Shown here one piece after another: positions 1 through 9,705 of a stretch of 64,000 nt of DNA (positions are counted from its first letter, which is position 1; the number at the start of each line of letters is the position of its first letter). A program made the translations under genes and the position numbers. Source of the stretch: an uncultured Gammaproteobacteria bacterium (GTDB taxonomy: Bacteria; Patescibacteriota; Patescibacteriia; UBA9570); assembly GCA_964385285.1 (NCBI GenBank), contig CAYLOJ010000001.1, positions 24,537 to 88,536 on the forward strand, given 5' to 3'. The notes under the pieces are model-generated. The model was not told the DNA's origin and ran no database searches. It saw only the letters and a list, made by a program, of their open reading frames with translations.

Positions 1-966
1 TGGAGCCAGCGCCATGATGCCTGCACCCAAGCCAATACCGACCGCGCTCATATAGCGGGTAGAAAATCTGACAATTTTGCGGTAGCGTTCTAAATTTGCC
101 GGGTAACTACCATACAGATATGGAGTAATCGCTTGAAGGCCAATACGGTGAAAAATTAGGAAAAAAATAATGATACGAGAGGCAGCGCCATAGCGAGCAA
201 TATCGCCGGCTGGTAGGTTGGCCCAACCAAGATTTTGTAAAACGCGCATTACTAATTTATCGATCTCAAAATAGATCGACATAATTACTCCTTGCAAACT
301 ATACCAAATACCTTCCATGGCCATAGCTTTCATCCATGGCATATGCAGACGTGGGCGCACTAACGTGAAGGAATGCAGTGCGTAGATGCCGATAAAAAAA
401 ATGGTAGTAATGGTAAGCCAAGCAGCAATCCAATAGGCTCCCTGATTAATCTGTTCGATGTGACGAGTGATCCACCAGACGCCAATCACTTTACTTAAGC
501 CATCTAACACCTCAATGTAGGTAATATATTCTTTGTGGTAAAGACTTCTGTAGATAGATCGCACCACCACGCGGTATTGAATAACTGCTTGGTTTACTGC
601 CAGAACAAGTAATAGCCAGAACAGCGTTGTCAATCCTGCCCACAATGCATATCCACCAACACACACGACTAATAATACTAGCCAGGCCAGGGTTTCCAAG
701 GCTAAGGCCGTTCCATAATAATGTGCCAAATCTTCTCTTTTCTTCTGCGCGGCATAGCGCATCAGTACCATGCTCATCCCTATTTCACTGCCGATCATAA
801 TAATATTGGCAGCAGAATTTGCCACTTCAAAGATATCCGCCATGTCGGGATCCGCAATGATATATTGCGAAACTATAATGATAGCACCGGCTACCAGCAC
901 GCGATAAATGAGCCGAGAGGTAACGAGACGAGAGATTGTAGCTAGTAAATAGCGCCCATCAGACAT
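1..966 (-). CDS. Multi-pass integral membrane protein, N-terminal ~320 aa (polysaccharide-biosynthesis/flippase-like); gene continues beyond the window start
   Basis: Open minus-strand frame from ATG (rc of 964-966) to the window edge. Translation is strongly hydrophobic with many predicted TM helices. Start overlaps the stop of the upstream gene (TAATATG). Not in the ORF track because no stop lies within the window. Confidence 0.4.
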   Translation of the reverse strand, partial: MSDGRYLLATISRLVTSRLIYRVLVAGAIIIVSQYIIADPDMADIFEVANSAANIIMIGSEIGMSMVLMRYAAQKKREDLAHYYGTALALETLAWLVLLVVCVGGYALWAGLTTLFWLLLVLAVNQAVIQYRVVVRSIYRSLYHKEYITYIEVLDGLSKVIGVWWITRHIEQINQGAYWIAAWLTITTIFFIGIYALHSFTLVRPRLHMPWMKAMAMEGIWYSLQGVIMSIYFEIDKLVMRVLQNLGWANLPAGDIARYGAASRIIIFFLIFHRIGLQAITPYLYGSYPANLERYRKIVRFSTRYMSAVGIGLGAGIMALAP

Positions 967-967
967 A

Positions 968-2563
968 TTAAAAGTCGATTTCGTCGAGTAATTGAGTTAG
1001 GGCGTGTTGTTCTACAGCCTCTTCAATTAGCTTTGTGTCGTGCCGTGAATCACTCACCTTAAAGATATCCATGGGTGCTCCACGATGTTGTTTTTGTGCG
1101 GGAATGCCCATAGCCTGCATAATTGTAGGTGCCATCTGCATTATCGAACTGGTCGGCATGACCTTATGGTCTACGCCGTTACCATAAGCTAAGAACATGC
1201 CCCGAGCATCATGATAGTTTTTAACCGTTTTTTCGTAAAGTGCTGCAGAATGCAATGAGCCCGACAGATAGTACTTATCTGAACTAAGAAAGACATCTGG
1301 TGAATTTGGTAATAGGGGAGCGTCGCCGTATAAGCTGTCTGCAGTAACCACCTCTTCCACTAAGGGTTTTAACTTCGCCACTACTTCATCACGTAATGCC
1401 ACTCGCTGTTCCGCAGGCACGACACCTTGGCGGAAACGTCCCTGATCATTAACATATAACATACTGGCCATTGAGCCGCGCGGGAAACCGATCTTGGTTT
1501 TAGAAAGATCTAAAGTCAAATCCAAGGTCACGTTAACGGGTACAAATCGTTTGAAGACATGATGATACAACCATTTAGCAGCCCGTTCAAGCGTACGTGA
1601 AGACTTCAGGAATTTGCGCATCCCTTTACCCACTTTGATCTGTTTACGCTGACCTTGCATGACCTCGATCTCGCGCGATAATTTTGTGTGACTTTTTTGA
1701 AAGGAACCGGTACCACTATTGGTGCTTAGATAACCTTGTTCTTCCAACCAGCGGTTCAGATAAAAAATTTCATCATAAACGCGGAAGCCATGATCTGACA
1801 TTACAAACAAGGTTGTGTCACCATCCATCTGCTCCATTACCCAGCCAATGAAGTCATCCATGAGTTCCCACATCTTCCAGGCAGGTTGATAGCCTTCACG
1901 CAACGCTTTATCGTACACGACATGGGAAACCCAGTCCGTACCAGATGACAGATAGAAAAAGAAATCCCATGGTTCATTGGTAAAAAGATCTTTAGCTGCC
2001 GCAATACGATCCGATTCTAATGCACAAAGATCCTCAATATAAGGAGTGAAGTTATTGGTGGCACGCAGTTTGGCATTAGGGGATAGTCTGTAGTTCTTGA
2101 GCGACGGGTATTTTTCCTTTAGTGATTCGGGATAAATATAGCGATCGCCTCGTGTCATCAGGCTGGTAATTGTAATTTCGGTTTTTAATTTTGGTGGAAA
2201 TGTGTTTGGCAGATTAATCAAAATCGGCTTGCGTCCATGGCGCACCATTGCCTCATAGATAGTCTCCGAGGTAATCTTTGTGCTATCAATGATATCGACA
2301 TCAGTTAGATCATTTTGAACCACTAAAAAATCTAAGCAACCATGCTGGGTGGGATATAGACCCGTCGCAAAGCTAGTCCAGGCCGGCGCGCTGTGTGCCG
2401 GATGTGTGGAGAGCATAGTGCTCGACATCCCGTGTTCCTGCATCTGCTTGATGTGTGGCAACTTCCCGGCCGCAAACATCTTATTTACTAAATCCCAGCT
2501 CGAACCATCTAAACCGATGACGACTACTTTTTTCTTTGCGGCGGAATTAACCGTGGTGTTCAT
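968..2563 (-). CDS. Alkaline-phosphatase-superfamily protein, type I phosphodiesterase / nucleotide pyrophosphatase (NPP)-like, paralog 1 of 3
   Basis: 531 aa. N-terminal VIGLDGSSWD metal-binding motif and ...HSAPAWTSFATGLYPTQHG, which matches the NPP nucleophile/TG..P..HG signature. No signal peptide or TM segment. Confidence 0.7.
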   Translation of the reverse strand: MNTTVNSAAKKKVVVIGLDGSSWDLVNKMFAAGKLPHIKQMQEHGMSSTMLSTHPAHSAPAWTSFATGLYPTQHGCLDFLVVQNDLTDVDIIDSTKITSETIYEAMVRHGRKPILINLPNTFPPKLKTEITITSLMTRGDRYIYPESLKEKYPSLKNYRLSPNAKLRATNNFTPYIEDLCALESDRIAAAKDLFTNEPWDFFFYLSSGTDWVSHVVYDKALREGYQPAWKMWELMDDFIGWVMEQMDGDTTLFVMSDHGFRVYDEIFYLNRWLEEQGYLSTNSGTGSFQKSHTKLSREIEVMQGQRKQIKVGKGMRKFLKSSRTLERAAKWLYHHVFKRFVPVNVTLDLTLDLSKTKIGFPRGSMASMLYVNDQGRFRQGVVPAEQRVALRDEVVAKLKPLVEEVVTADSLYGDAPLLPNSPDVFLSSDKYYLSGSLHSAALYEKTVKNYHDARGMFLAYGNGVDHKVMPTSSIMQMAPTIMQAMGIPAQKQHRGAPMDIFKVSDSRHDTKLIEEAVEQHALTQLLDEIDF

Positions 2564-4146
2564 AACGCAAGGTCATCAATTAAGTTGCGAAGCTGATTTT
2601 TTTCGGACTGAATAGGTGTAGGGACAAATTCCTGGGTAAACAGATCTAATACCTTACCATCGGTATGGGTAGGAATGGCAACTCCAAATTGGTGGAGAAT
2701 GGTCGGAGCCAAATCTGCAATGGAAGCATCTGCTAAGACGCCATGTTTGATCTGTGGTCCAGCCGCTAAGAAAATACCATACTCATCATGCTTGTTGGAG
2801 ATATGATGCTCAAAGATGCTCTGGGAGTGGAGATGACCAACAATCCAAACATCTTTTGTTTTGCAATGTAAATCAGGTGACGGCGTAGGAGGATTGCTTC
2901 CATACAATTCTTCTTTCGTATACACGTGCTCAGTAACGCGTTTCCCGGAAGGAGTGCGCAACGCTTCTAGTTTTGTTTTAACATCTGCGCGAATGCGATC
3001 GTATTCTGCTTTGTCTTTAATCACAGCATCAGAAAAATTTCCAGAATGATTCAAATACAGTGTTTGCAACATACTGCCACGCGGAAAGCAAACCTGAGTG
3101 CGATCAAGATCAATTCCAATGTTCACATCAAAATGAATCGGAACGAATGGCTTAATAACATGATTGTAGAACCATTTAGCTGCGCGCTCTATTGCCGGAT
3201 GGAAGAAGAGCGCTTTTAGTTGCCGCTTATTCAAGCGAATCCGTAGCCGTTTTTTTGACCGTGCGGCATCCAAACTACGTCGTCGGGCAGTAGCATTTTC
3301 CTCAAATTTACCAGCACCAGTCGTTGTCGTGAGATAACCCTGCTGTTCTAACCAACGGTTGATGTAAAACAGTTCAGTGTAGTAGGTAAAACCGTGATCA
3401 GATAGCACGTACAGCGTAATGTCTTTCGGTAGGTGTGTGTTAATCCAACCAAAGAATTCGTCAACGAGATCAAAAACTTGCATGGCGGTTGGCTCTTTTC
3501 CTTGTACCATGTCCGCAAACGCTAAATGTGAAACCCAGTCCGTGGAAGAGAATAAGAAGAAAAAGAGGTCCCACTCTTCACCCAGCAGCAGTTCTTTTAC
3601 GGCTGTTATACGATCACGCTCAATATCTACAATGTGCTGAATGTATTCTGGTAGTGGTTTGGTTAATTTCAGTGATTCATCTGGACTGAGTTTATAGTTT
3701 TTGAGCGATGGATATTTTTCCACTAAATTAGCTGGGAAAATATACTGATCGCCATAAGTCATGAAGTCCGTAATAATCGTTTGGTCTGGAATTTTCGGAG
3801 GATAGGAATTTGGTAAATTAACCAGAATTGTTTTTTTACCGGCTTGGTTTAACAGTTCGTAAAAAGTTGGTACTTTAATTTCATAACTCGTTGCCGGACG
3901 AAAATCGCGAATCGTTTTACCTGGCAAAAAGAAATCATAGCAACCATGCTTACCAGGATGTGTGCCCGTGGCAAACGTTGTCCATGCTGGCACGGTGACG
4001 GGGGGTTTTGTAGAGAGTAATGTGGAGCGTACACCACGATCAATAATGTTTTGCAGATTGGGCAATTTTCCACTGGCCAGGAGGGGATCCAGTAACTTGT
4101 AGGTGGTGCCATCTAATCCGATAACTAAAACTTTTGGAGTGTTCAT
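2560..4146 (-). CDS. AlkP-superfamily NPP-like phosphodiesterase, paralog 2 of 3
   Basis: 528 aa. VIGLDGTTYK ... VTVPAWTTFATGTHPGKHG. Collinear with paralogs 1 and 3 along the full length. 4-nt overlap with paralog 1. Confidence 0.7.
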   Translation of the reverse strand: MNTPKVLVIGLDGTTYKLLDPLLASGKLPNLQNIIDRGVRSTLLSTKPPVTVPAWTTFATGTHPGKHGCYDFFLPGKTIRDFRPATSYEIKVPTFYELLNQAGKKTILVNLPNSYPPKIPDQTIITDFMTYGDQYIFPANLVEKYPSLKNYKLSPDESLKLTKPLPEYIQHIVDIERDRITAVKELLLGEEWDLFFFLFSSTDWVSHLAFADMVQGKEPTAMQVFDLVDEFFGWINTHLPKDITLYVLSDHGFTYYTELFYINRWLEQQGYLTTTTGAGKFEENATARRRSLDAARSKKRLRIRLNKRQLKALFFHPAIERAAKWFYNHVIKPFVPIHFDVNIGIDLDRTQVCFPRGSMLQTLYLNHSGNFSDAVIKDKAEYDRIRADVKTKLEALRTPSGKRVTEHVYTKEELYGSNPPTPSPDLHCKTKDVWIVGHLHSQSIFEHHISNKHDEYGIFLAAGPQIKHGVLADASIADLAPTILHQFGVAIPTHTDGKVLDLFTQEFVPTPIQSEKNQLRNLIDDLAL

Positions 4147-4155
4147 AATACGGAA

Positions 4156-5742
4156 TTATATCTCAATTTGATCTAGTATAGATTGCATGGCATGCTTTTC
4201 TGAGCGTTGTTCATACTGCACGGTAGTATCCGTTTTAAAGACTGGCAAAACACTGCCGTCGACATAATCTGGTACAGCCAAGGTCATGTCATGCAGGATT
4301 GTGGGCATAACACTGGCAATCTGTTGTTCTGGCAAGGTTTGGGCTTTAATGCCATCCCCATAGGCTATAAACATGCCAACAGAACCATGCTTGCTAGAAA
4401 TTTCATCGATAAATAATTCACTGGAATGAAACTGCCCGACAAACCAATAATCTCCGAATTCATAGAAGAGATCCGGACAACGTTCCGGTGTGTGGTCTCC
4501 ATAGATCTCTTCCTTAGTGTACACTTTAGGAGTAACCGGTTTGCCATCTGGTCCAGTTAAATTTTCCAATTTCGTTTTGATTTCTGTACGTAGTGATAAG
4601 TATTCATCATCGGTCATTGGTTTACCCTGTTTGTATTTACGGCCATCATTGATATAAATTGCGGTCATGGTACGGCCTTTAGGAAAACAAACCCGCGTCT
4701 GTTCAAAATCAATGGTAACGTCTAGATTAATGCGAATTGGCAAAAACGGCTTAGCGACTTTGTGATAAAACCACCGTGCAAGCCGCTCAATCGGTTTAAC
4801 TACACTCAATGCGCGCATCATGCCACTGCTGACGTGAAATTCATATTTTTTTTGCTGTTGCAACGCACTGCGCTGATCATCTTGCTTACTAATATTTTGA
4901 TGGAATTGCGTCGCACTGGCTGCCTTCGTAGTGAGATATCCTTCTTGCTCTAACCACTTATTAAAATAAAATGTGTGTTCATATACCTTGAAGCCATGAT
5001 CAGATAGGATATACAGGTGTGTATCTGTAGGAAGATGATCTACAAACCATTTTAGCTGGTCATCAATATACTTGAATAATTCATAGGCTTTTGGAAAGGA
5101 TCCATCCATTAATTTACTGAACATGGCGTGGGAGATCCAATCAGTCGATGAAAAGAGGTAATAAAAGAGATCCCAGGGTTCTTGTTGCCACAGCTGTTTA
5201 ACCGCTTCCATGTGGTCCTTCTCTAAGGCAATAATATCATCAACGTACTCGCTGTATTTTCCCTTGACGTTCAACTCCTCATCAGGGGATAAGCGATAGC
5301 GCTGCAAAGCAGGATATTTGGATTTAAGCGATTCTGGAAATACACAATTATCTCCGACGGTCAGCATGTCAGTGATAATGGGGCTATTTAATTTTGGTGG
5401 ATAGGAGTTTGGGAGGTTGATTAAAATAGATCGTTTGCCGCGTTGGTGTAGAAGTTCATAGATTGTCTCGACTTGAATGTGACTACTATTGCAGAGATCA
5501 AATTGTTCTAAATCTTCCGTCGGCAACAAAAAATCATAGCAACCATGTTTGCCCGGGTTAACGCCAGTCGCAAACGTTGTCCAGGCCGGTGCAGTATATG
5601 GAGGCATGGTGGAACGCAAATCCGCCCGAGTACCTTCCGTACACAGGCGCTGCAAGGTTGGCATATAGCCTTGTTGCATTAACGGGTCTAACAAACTGAA
5701 TGTCGCACCGTCTAAACCAATAACTGCGATTCGTCTTGCCAT
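4156..5742 (-). CDS. AlkP-superfamily NPP-like phosphodiesterase, paralog 3 of 3
   Basis: 528 aa. VIGLDGATFS ... YTAPAWTTFATGVNPGKHG. Same domain architecture as paralogs 1 and 2. Confidence 0.7.
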   Translation of the reverse strand: MARRIAVIGLDGATFSLLDPLMQQGYMPTLQRLCTEGTRADLRSTMPPYTAPAWTTFATGVNPGKHGCYDFLLPTEDLEQFDLCNSSHIQVETIYELLHQRGKRSILINLPNSYPPKLNSPIITDMLTVGDNCVFPESLKSKYPALQRYRLSPDEELNVKGKYSEYVDDIIALEKDHMEAVKQLWQQEPWDLFYYLFSSTDWISHAMFSKLMDGSFPKAYELFKYIDDQLKWFVDHLPTDTHLYILSDHGFKVYEHTFYFNKWLEQEGYLTTKAASATQFHQNISKQDDQRSALQQQKKYEFHVSSGMMRALSVVKPIERLARWFYHKVAKPFLPIRINLDVTIDFEQTRVCFPKGRTMTAIYINDGRKYKQGKPMTDDEYLSLRTEIKTKLENLTGPDGKPVTPKVYTKEEIYGDHTPERCPDLFYEFGDYWFVGQFHSSELFIDEISSKHGSVGMFIAYGDGIKAQTLPEQQIASVMPTILHDMTLAVPDYVDGSVLPVFKTDTTVQYEQRSEKHAMQSILDQIEI

Positions 5743-5764
5743 AGTTTAACCGCTCGATTATACT
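5736..5764 (+). promoter_or_regulatory. Sigma70-like promoter TTGCCA-17-TATACT, 9 nt upstream of ATG 5774 (leaderless-type)
   Basis: Read directly: -35 5736-5741, -10 5759-5764. The -35 overlaps the start codon of the divergent minus-strand gene (5742). Confidence 0.45.
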
Positions 5765-5773
5765 TGAAATCTG

Positions 5774-7282
5774 ATGAAAAGTCTAGGAGTCAAGATAGCC
5801 ATCATTATGGTACTCACTGTGCTGGCCGGCTGGCTACGCCTAGCTAACTTGGGTGCGGTTAATTTATATAATGACGAGTACTACCAGTTTGAAACGGCGG
5901 TGGGTTGGTTGCGGCTGGGTGAGTGGGTGCGTTATGACTATTATGAGGAAGCCGCTGGCAAGCCATATGATCGTGCTAAGATATTTATCGTGCAGGTGGC
6001 TGCGAGTATTCGAATGTTCGGTGAGACAGAAGCGGCTGGCCGGTTACCCGCAGCACTCTGGGGCACGTTGCTAATCCCAGTTACTATACTGTGTTTACTA
6101 ATCGTTGTGCGCCGTCCTTGGATTGCTTACGGAACTGGATTGGTATTGGTATTTGATGAGTTGAGTATCGGCCTGTCACGGTATGTGCGTATGTACAGCA
6201 TGTTGATGGTATTACTAGTGATACTGGTTACGTTAGTTTACCTACTGCTAGAATGTACCGGCTGGAAAAAACGCTTGTGGTATGGAATGAGTTCGGCTCT
6301 TGTACTCTGTTTAAGTCTACTGATTTTTAAGGAGTTAACATTGGCAATCATTGGAGCTATCGGAATCTATGCGCTTATGCGATCGATTAGTTTTGTCATC
6401 ACGCGTAATTCGGCGGATCGTCCATGGCTGATGGTTTGGTGTATAGGCGCCTTGGGTGGTGTGATCGCTATAGGTCTCACCCTATTGGGCTATAACATTG
6501 TGCCACTGGATGCCATTATTATTCGTACCAATCCGCACTGGAGCTATATCACTGAGTTATTCAACGATTGGCGAGTTCCTGCAATCGCTGCAGGCTTTGC
6601 GTTTGTGGGTACAATCGTGGCGCTGCGGCAATTGCGTAGTTATATGAGTTTTGCGGCTGTGATTAGCCTGGTTGTATTAATCTACTTTGCATTTTTGAGT
6701 CATCGGTGGGACGCACAACGTTATATTAGCATTGTTGTGCCGTTTATTGCGCTGATCACCACCGCAGGAATGGTTGCATCCATTAGGTTTTTATTTGCTC
6801 TCTTACCGCAACCCGTTTGGCTGCGCTGGACATTATTAGTGCCACTGGTTTGTTTAGTAGGGCCTTGGATTACTTTACCAGGAGTGCCCGGCAATAATTT
6901 CACACATCAAACGGCGACTGCCGATCGCTCAACTACTGAACTCGGTTATGCCGATATGCAAACTGCCTATGCGTATGTAGCTAGCCGCATTAGCCCGGGT
7001 GAGGTTGTGCTGATGCAGGGACCGCGCTTTTACTACTGGCCAGATCAAAGCGTGCCGGTCTACTTGTTAGGCGGATACAAAAGTCTATCGCTAGCTGAAT
7101 TTAAGGCTTTGGCTCAACGTGGTACTAGTGGCGGCTGGGTTGTGTTTAATGTCACTCATCAACGGCATTTGCAGGACAACATCAAGACGTATATGTCAAA
7201 ACGGTTCGAATACATACCCGAGCTTAGTGATACCAATGTAGTCGTCTATCACTTTGTACCAGCTGATCTGGTCACAAAGTAA
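5774..7282 (+). CDS. GT-C fold glycosyltransferase (ArnT / PMT-like, family 39/83-like), polytopic membrane protein
   Basis: 502 aa with about 11 predicted TM helices. NLYNDEYYQ 'DE' motif in the first extracytoplasmic loop, typical of lipid-phosphate-sugar dependent GT-C enzymes. C-terminal soluble domain. Confidence 0.5.
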   Translation: MKSLGVKIAIIMVLTVLAGWLRLANLGAVNLYNDEYYQFETAVGWLRLGEWVRYDYYEEAAGKPYDRAKIFIVQVAASIRMFGETEAAGRLPAALWGTLLIPVTILCLLIVVRRPWIAYGTGLVLVFDELSIGLSRYVRMYSMLMVLLVILVTLVYLLLECTGWKKRLWYGMSSALVLCLSLLIFKELTLAIIGAIGIYALMRSISFVITRNSADRPWLMVWCIGALGGVIAIGLTLLGYNIVPLDAIIIRTNPHWSYITELFNDWRVPAIAAGFAFVGTIVALRQLRSYMSFAAVISLVVLIYFAFLSHRWDAQRYISIVVPFIALITTAGMVASIRFLFALLPQPVWLRWTLLVPLVCLVGPWITLPGVPGNNFTHQTATADRSTTELGYADMQTAYAYVASRISPGEVVLMQGPRFYYWPDQSVPVYLLGGYKSLSLAEFKALAQRGTSGGWVVFNVTHQRHLQDNIKTYMSKRFEYIPELSDTNVVVYHFVPADLVTK

Positions 7283-8031
7283 TGGTAGAGTGCCTTAAGA
7301 TATATACGTAAATTATCCCACTTTGGTAATTTGCGGACACTCGTACCTTTGTGGTGTTGAATGGCGACGCTGCCCAAACAACGAATTTTCCACCGTGCCT
7401 GGTGCAAACGATAACAGAGATCAACGTCGTTGTAGTATAGGGGAAAGTGCTGCTGATCAAATAGTTGTCCTAACTGTTGGATAGCGCTGCGTCGCACTAG
7501 CAAAAATGCTCCAGCCGCCTGCTCAATATCGAAGTCAGATTGAAATGTCTGATCTAAATAAAGATACCGTTTGGTTGTAGGTAAGAGTAACCATGGACAC
7601 CGTTTGTAGAATAAGGCCAACGGAATATCATACCAGTGCGGGAAACGCCGGTGCATGTAGTATTGCGTAGTGCCATCATCATTAAGTAGTCGTACTGTTG
7701 CCGCACCATAATTTGGGTGACTCTTAAGCCATTGAAGAGAGCGCTCGATAGCCGCTGTGTTGACAAGCGTATCTTGATTGAGCAATAGCACGTATTCAGA
7801 TGTAGTCAGCTGATATCCCTGATTATTCCCGCCCGCGTATCCCAAGTTATCATTATTTTTAATCACACGAATACCATCGATCGTATCTAGTGCAGCAGCG
7901 CTGCCGTCTTGAGAAGCATTATCAATCACAACAATCTCTAGCGGAATATGGTGTTTAACTGCTAGTAGTGATTGGACGCAGGCTAATACCTCTTCCTTGG
8001 AATTCCAAGAAAGCACAATGACGCTTACCAT
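7249..8031 (-). CDS. GT2-family glycosyltransferase
   Basis: SVIVLSWNSKEE...VIDNASQDGS...NLGYAGGNNQG...LLLNQDT: canonical GT-A DxD-type motifs. Confidence 0.85.
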   Translation of the reverse strand: MVSVIVLSWNSKEEVLACVQSLLAVKHHIPLEIVVIDNASQDGSAAALDTIDGIRVIKNNDNLGYAGGNNQGYQLTTSEYVLLLNQDTLVNTAAIERSLQWLKSHPNYGAATVRLLNDDGTTQYYMHRRFPHWYDIPLALFYKRCPWLLLPTTKRYLYLDQTFQSDFDIEQAAGAFLLVRRSAIQQLGQLFDQQHFPLYYNDVDLCYRLHQARWKIRCLGSVAIQHHKGTSVRKLPKWDNLRIYLKALYHYFVTRSAGTK

Positions 8032-8924
8032 ACACTTTCTCCGAGCACGAAGGCCATCTGGCCCACCCGCATCGCTAGTACATTAACTGCTTTAAAATAG
8101 AGGTAACCCATCTTGATTGGTAGAAGTCTAAGCAGATAATCACCCAAAAATTGCTGTGGTTTTAAAGCTAAGCGATATCCAAAAAAACGCAGGCGTGTTT
8201 TGGCACTAGCTTGATAGCGCAACAGATGGGGGAAATAGGCTTGAATAAATTCACGATCATGCAATTGAGTAATCACCATGTTCCCATAATTTTGACGTAC
8301 ACGTTTGATGAGCAGGCCTTTAAATTGTTTGATATTATGATGAACAACGATCATGTTAGCATTGTAGACGAGTCGAAAATCCGCAGCATGTGCTCTGGCG
8401 CCAAACTCCATATCACCACCATATTGAAGATCAACTGCGAATTTTCCAATACGCTCAATGATTGTGCGCCGTATAGCTAAATTGCGTGTATCTACTCGAC
8501 GCAAGTGATCGTTGCTTGTAAACGCAGCAATGTTGGCCTCATACATGATTTGCTCGAGGGCCGCTACCCGCGTGGTGGGTGCACCGGCTGAAAAACCCAT
8601 TACCCCTGCAATGCTAGAGTCAGTTAATACTTGATCAATTTGCTCCAACCAGTTCGGAGTCACTTCACAGTCCGAATCCGTAAAAACCAGAATTTCTCCT
8701 TGGCTGGCTGCGATTCCGGTATTACGTGCTTGATACGAACCTGTAATTGGCTCGAAGAGATAGGTAAAACCATGACGTTCAACTAATGGCTTGACCCAAT
8801 CCGTTTCGCTATTTTCAACCACAATTACCTCGTGTTCAATGTTGCCCGTGAGGCGTGCTAAGCTATCTAAGCAAGCCGAAAAATTGGGATCGTTGTAAAC
8901 AGGAATAATAATGGAGTATCGCAT
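8025..8924 (-). CDS. GT2-family glycosyltransferase
   Basis: MRYSIIIPVYNDPNF...VVENSETD...FTDSDCEV. Start moved to the MRYSII ATG at 8924; the longer track ORF would overlap the upstream gene. Confidence 0.8.
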   Translation of the reverse strand: MRYSIIIPVYNDPNFSACLDSLARLTGNIEHEVIVVENSETDWVKPLVERHGFTYLFEPITGSYQARNTGIAASQGEILVFTDSDCEVTPNWLEQIDQVLTDSSIAGVMGFSAGAPTTRVAALEQIMYEANIAAFTSNDHLRRVDTRNLAIRRTIIERIGKFAVDLQYGGDMEFGARAHAADFRLVYNANMIVVHHNIKQFKGLLIKRVRQNYGNMVITQLHDREFIQAYFPHLLRYQASAKTRLRFFGYRLALKPQQFLGDYLLRLLPIKMGYLYFKAVNVLAMRVGQMAFVLGESVW

Positions 8925-8928
8925 AACA

Positions 8929-9705
8929 CTAGTTTCGTTTTGGTAAAGAGTGATACCACCCAGCCTGGGCTGCACGCAATAAATCACGGAATGTAGAACC
9001 TTTGCGAATGCGCTCAACCCAAAAGATAGTAAAATAGTAGCAAAAAAAGTAGGTTAGTTGAAGAGGGTTCGCAAACCGCTTCATGAACCAAACCATATTG
9101 CGGGCAATATAATAAGTTCTAAATTGATGGTTCTGCAAGTGTTGAATGGAGTTGAGCGGTACAACTTGGATATGATATCCAGCTTGCTTGGCTTGCAAAC
9201 ACCAGTCCGCCTCTTCGTAATAGGCAAAATACTGCTCGGTCAATTCGCCAATAGCCTGCAACACACTACTGCGTAGCATGACGCAGTACCCGACTACACA
9301 ATCACTGCCGGCATCACGCTTTACTTTTCCTGTCCATAACGAAATGGCAGCACCAGTTGGTCCGCAGGCTGCCAGGAGTGGATCCGCCTCCATGGCTGCC
9401 AGAAGTGGGCTGACGATGTCGCCCGTGATTTCAGTATCTTGGTTGAGTAAAATAATATATGGATACTGGCCAGATAATTGCTTGAGCCAATAATTATTCC
9501 CTCCGGTAAAACCGAGATTAGTTTCTGAGCGTTCCACATGAACAGTGGGAAAGCGTGTTCGCAAATTAGCAGCTTCATTTTCCTGTGAGCCGTTGTCTAG
9601 GATGTAGAGATCAGCCGAAACATGGTTCGATAATAAACCTTCTAGACACTTGGTCGTAAGAGCTAATCCATTCCAATTTAAAATGATAATCGCTACCTTT
9701 TCCAT
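8929..9705 (-). CDS. GT2-family glycosyltransferase
   Basis: VAIIILNWNGLALTTKCLEGL...YILDNGSQ...NLGFTGGNN...ILLNQDTEI. Confidence 0.85.
   Translation of the reverse strand: MEKVAIIILNWNGLALTTKCLEGLLSNHVSADLYILDNGSQENEAANLRTRFPTVHVERSETNLGFTGGNNYWLKQLSGQYPYIILLNQDTEITGDIVSPLLAAMEADPLLAACGPTGAAISLWTGKVKRDAGSDCVVGYCVMLRSSVLQAIGELTEQYFAYYEEADWCLQAKQAGYHIQVVPLNSIQHLQNHQFRTYYIARNMVWFMKRFANPLQLTYFFCYYFTIFWVERIRKGSTFRDLLRAAQAGWYHSLPKRN

Noticed and set aside
2349-2615. Numerous 60-130-aa ORFs in the six-frame track that lie antisense or out-of-frame inside well-supported genes, e.g. 2349-2615, 8211-8480, 26143-26472, 35232-35561, 37440-37778, 50391-50780
   Set aside because: They fall completely within long conserved coding regions on the other strand or frame. 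They have no promoter or RBS context and their composition is low-complexity, so they are treated as spurious.
968-5742. Interpretation of the three AlkP-family proteins as sulfatases or LTA-synthase-type (PF00884) enzymes
   Set aside because: They lack the N-terminal polytopic membrane domain and the C/S-x-P-x-R sulfatase motif. They instead carry the NPP-type T-x-P...TG..P..HG block, so PF01663-like is the better fit.
8925-9017. N-terminal 31-aa extension of the GT2 ORF 8025-9017 (MSAFAKVLHS...)
   Set aside because: The extension overlaps the 3' end of the upstream GT2 gene and precedes the canonical GT2 N-terminus MRYSIIIPVYND. Start moved to 8924.
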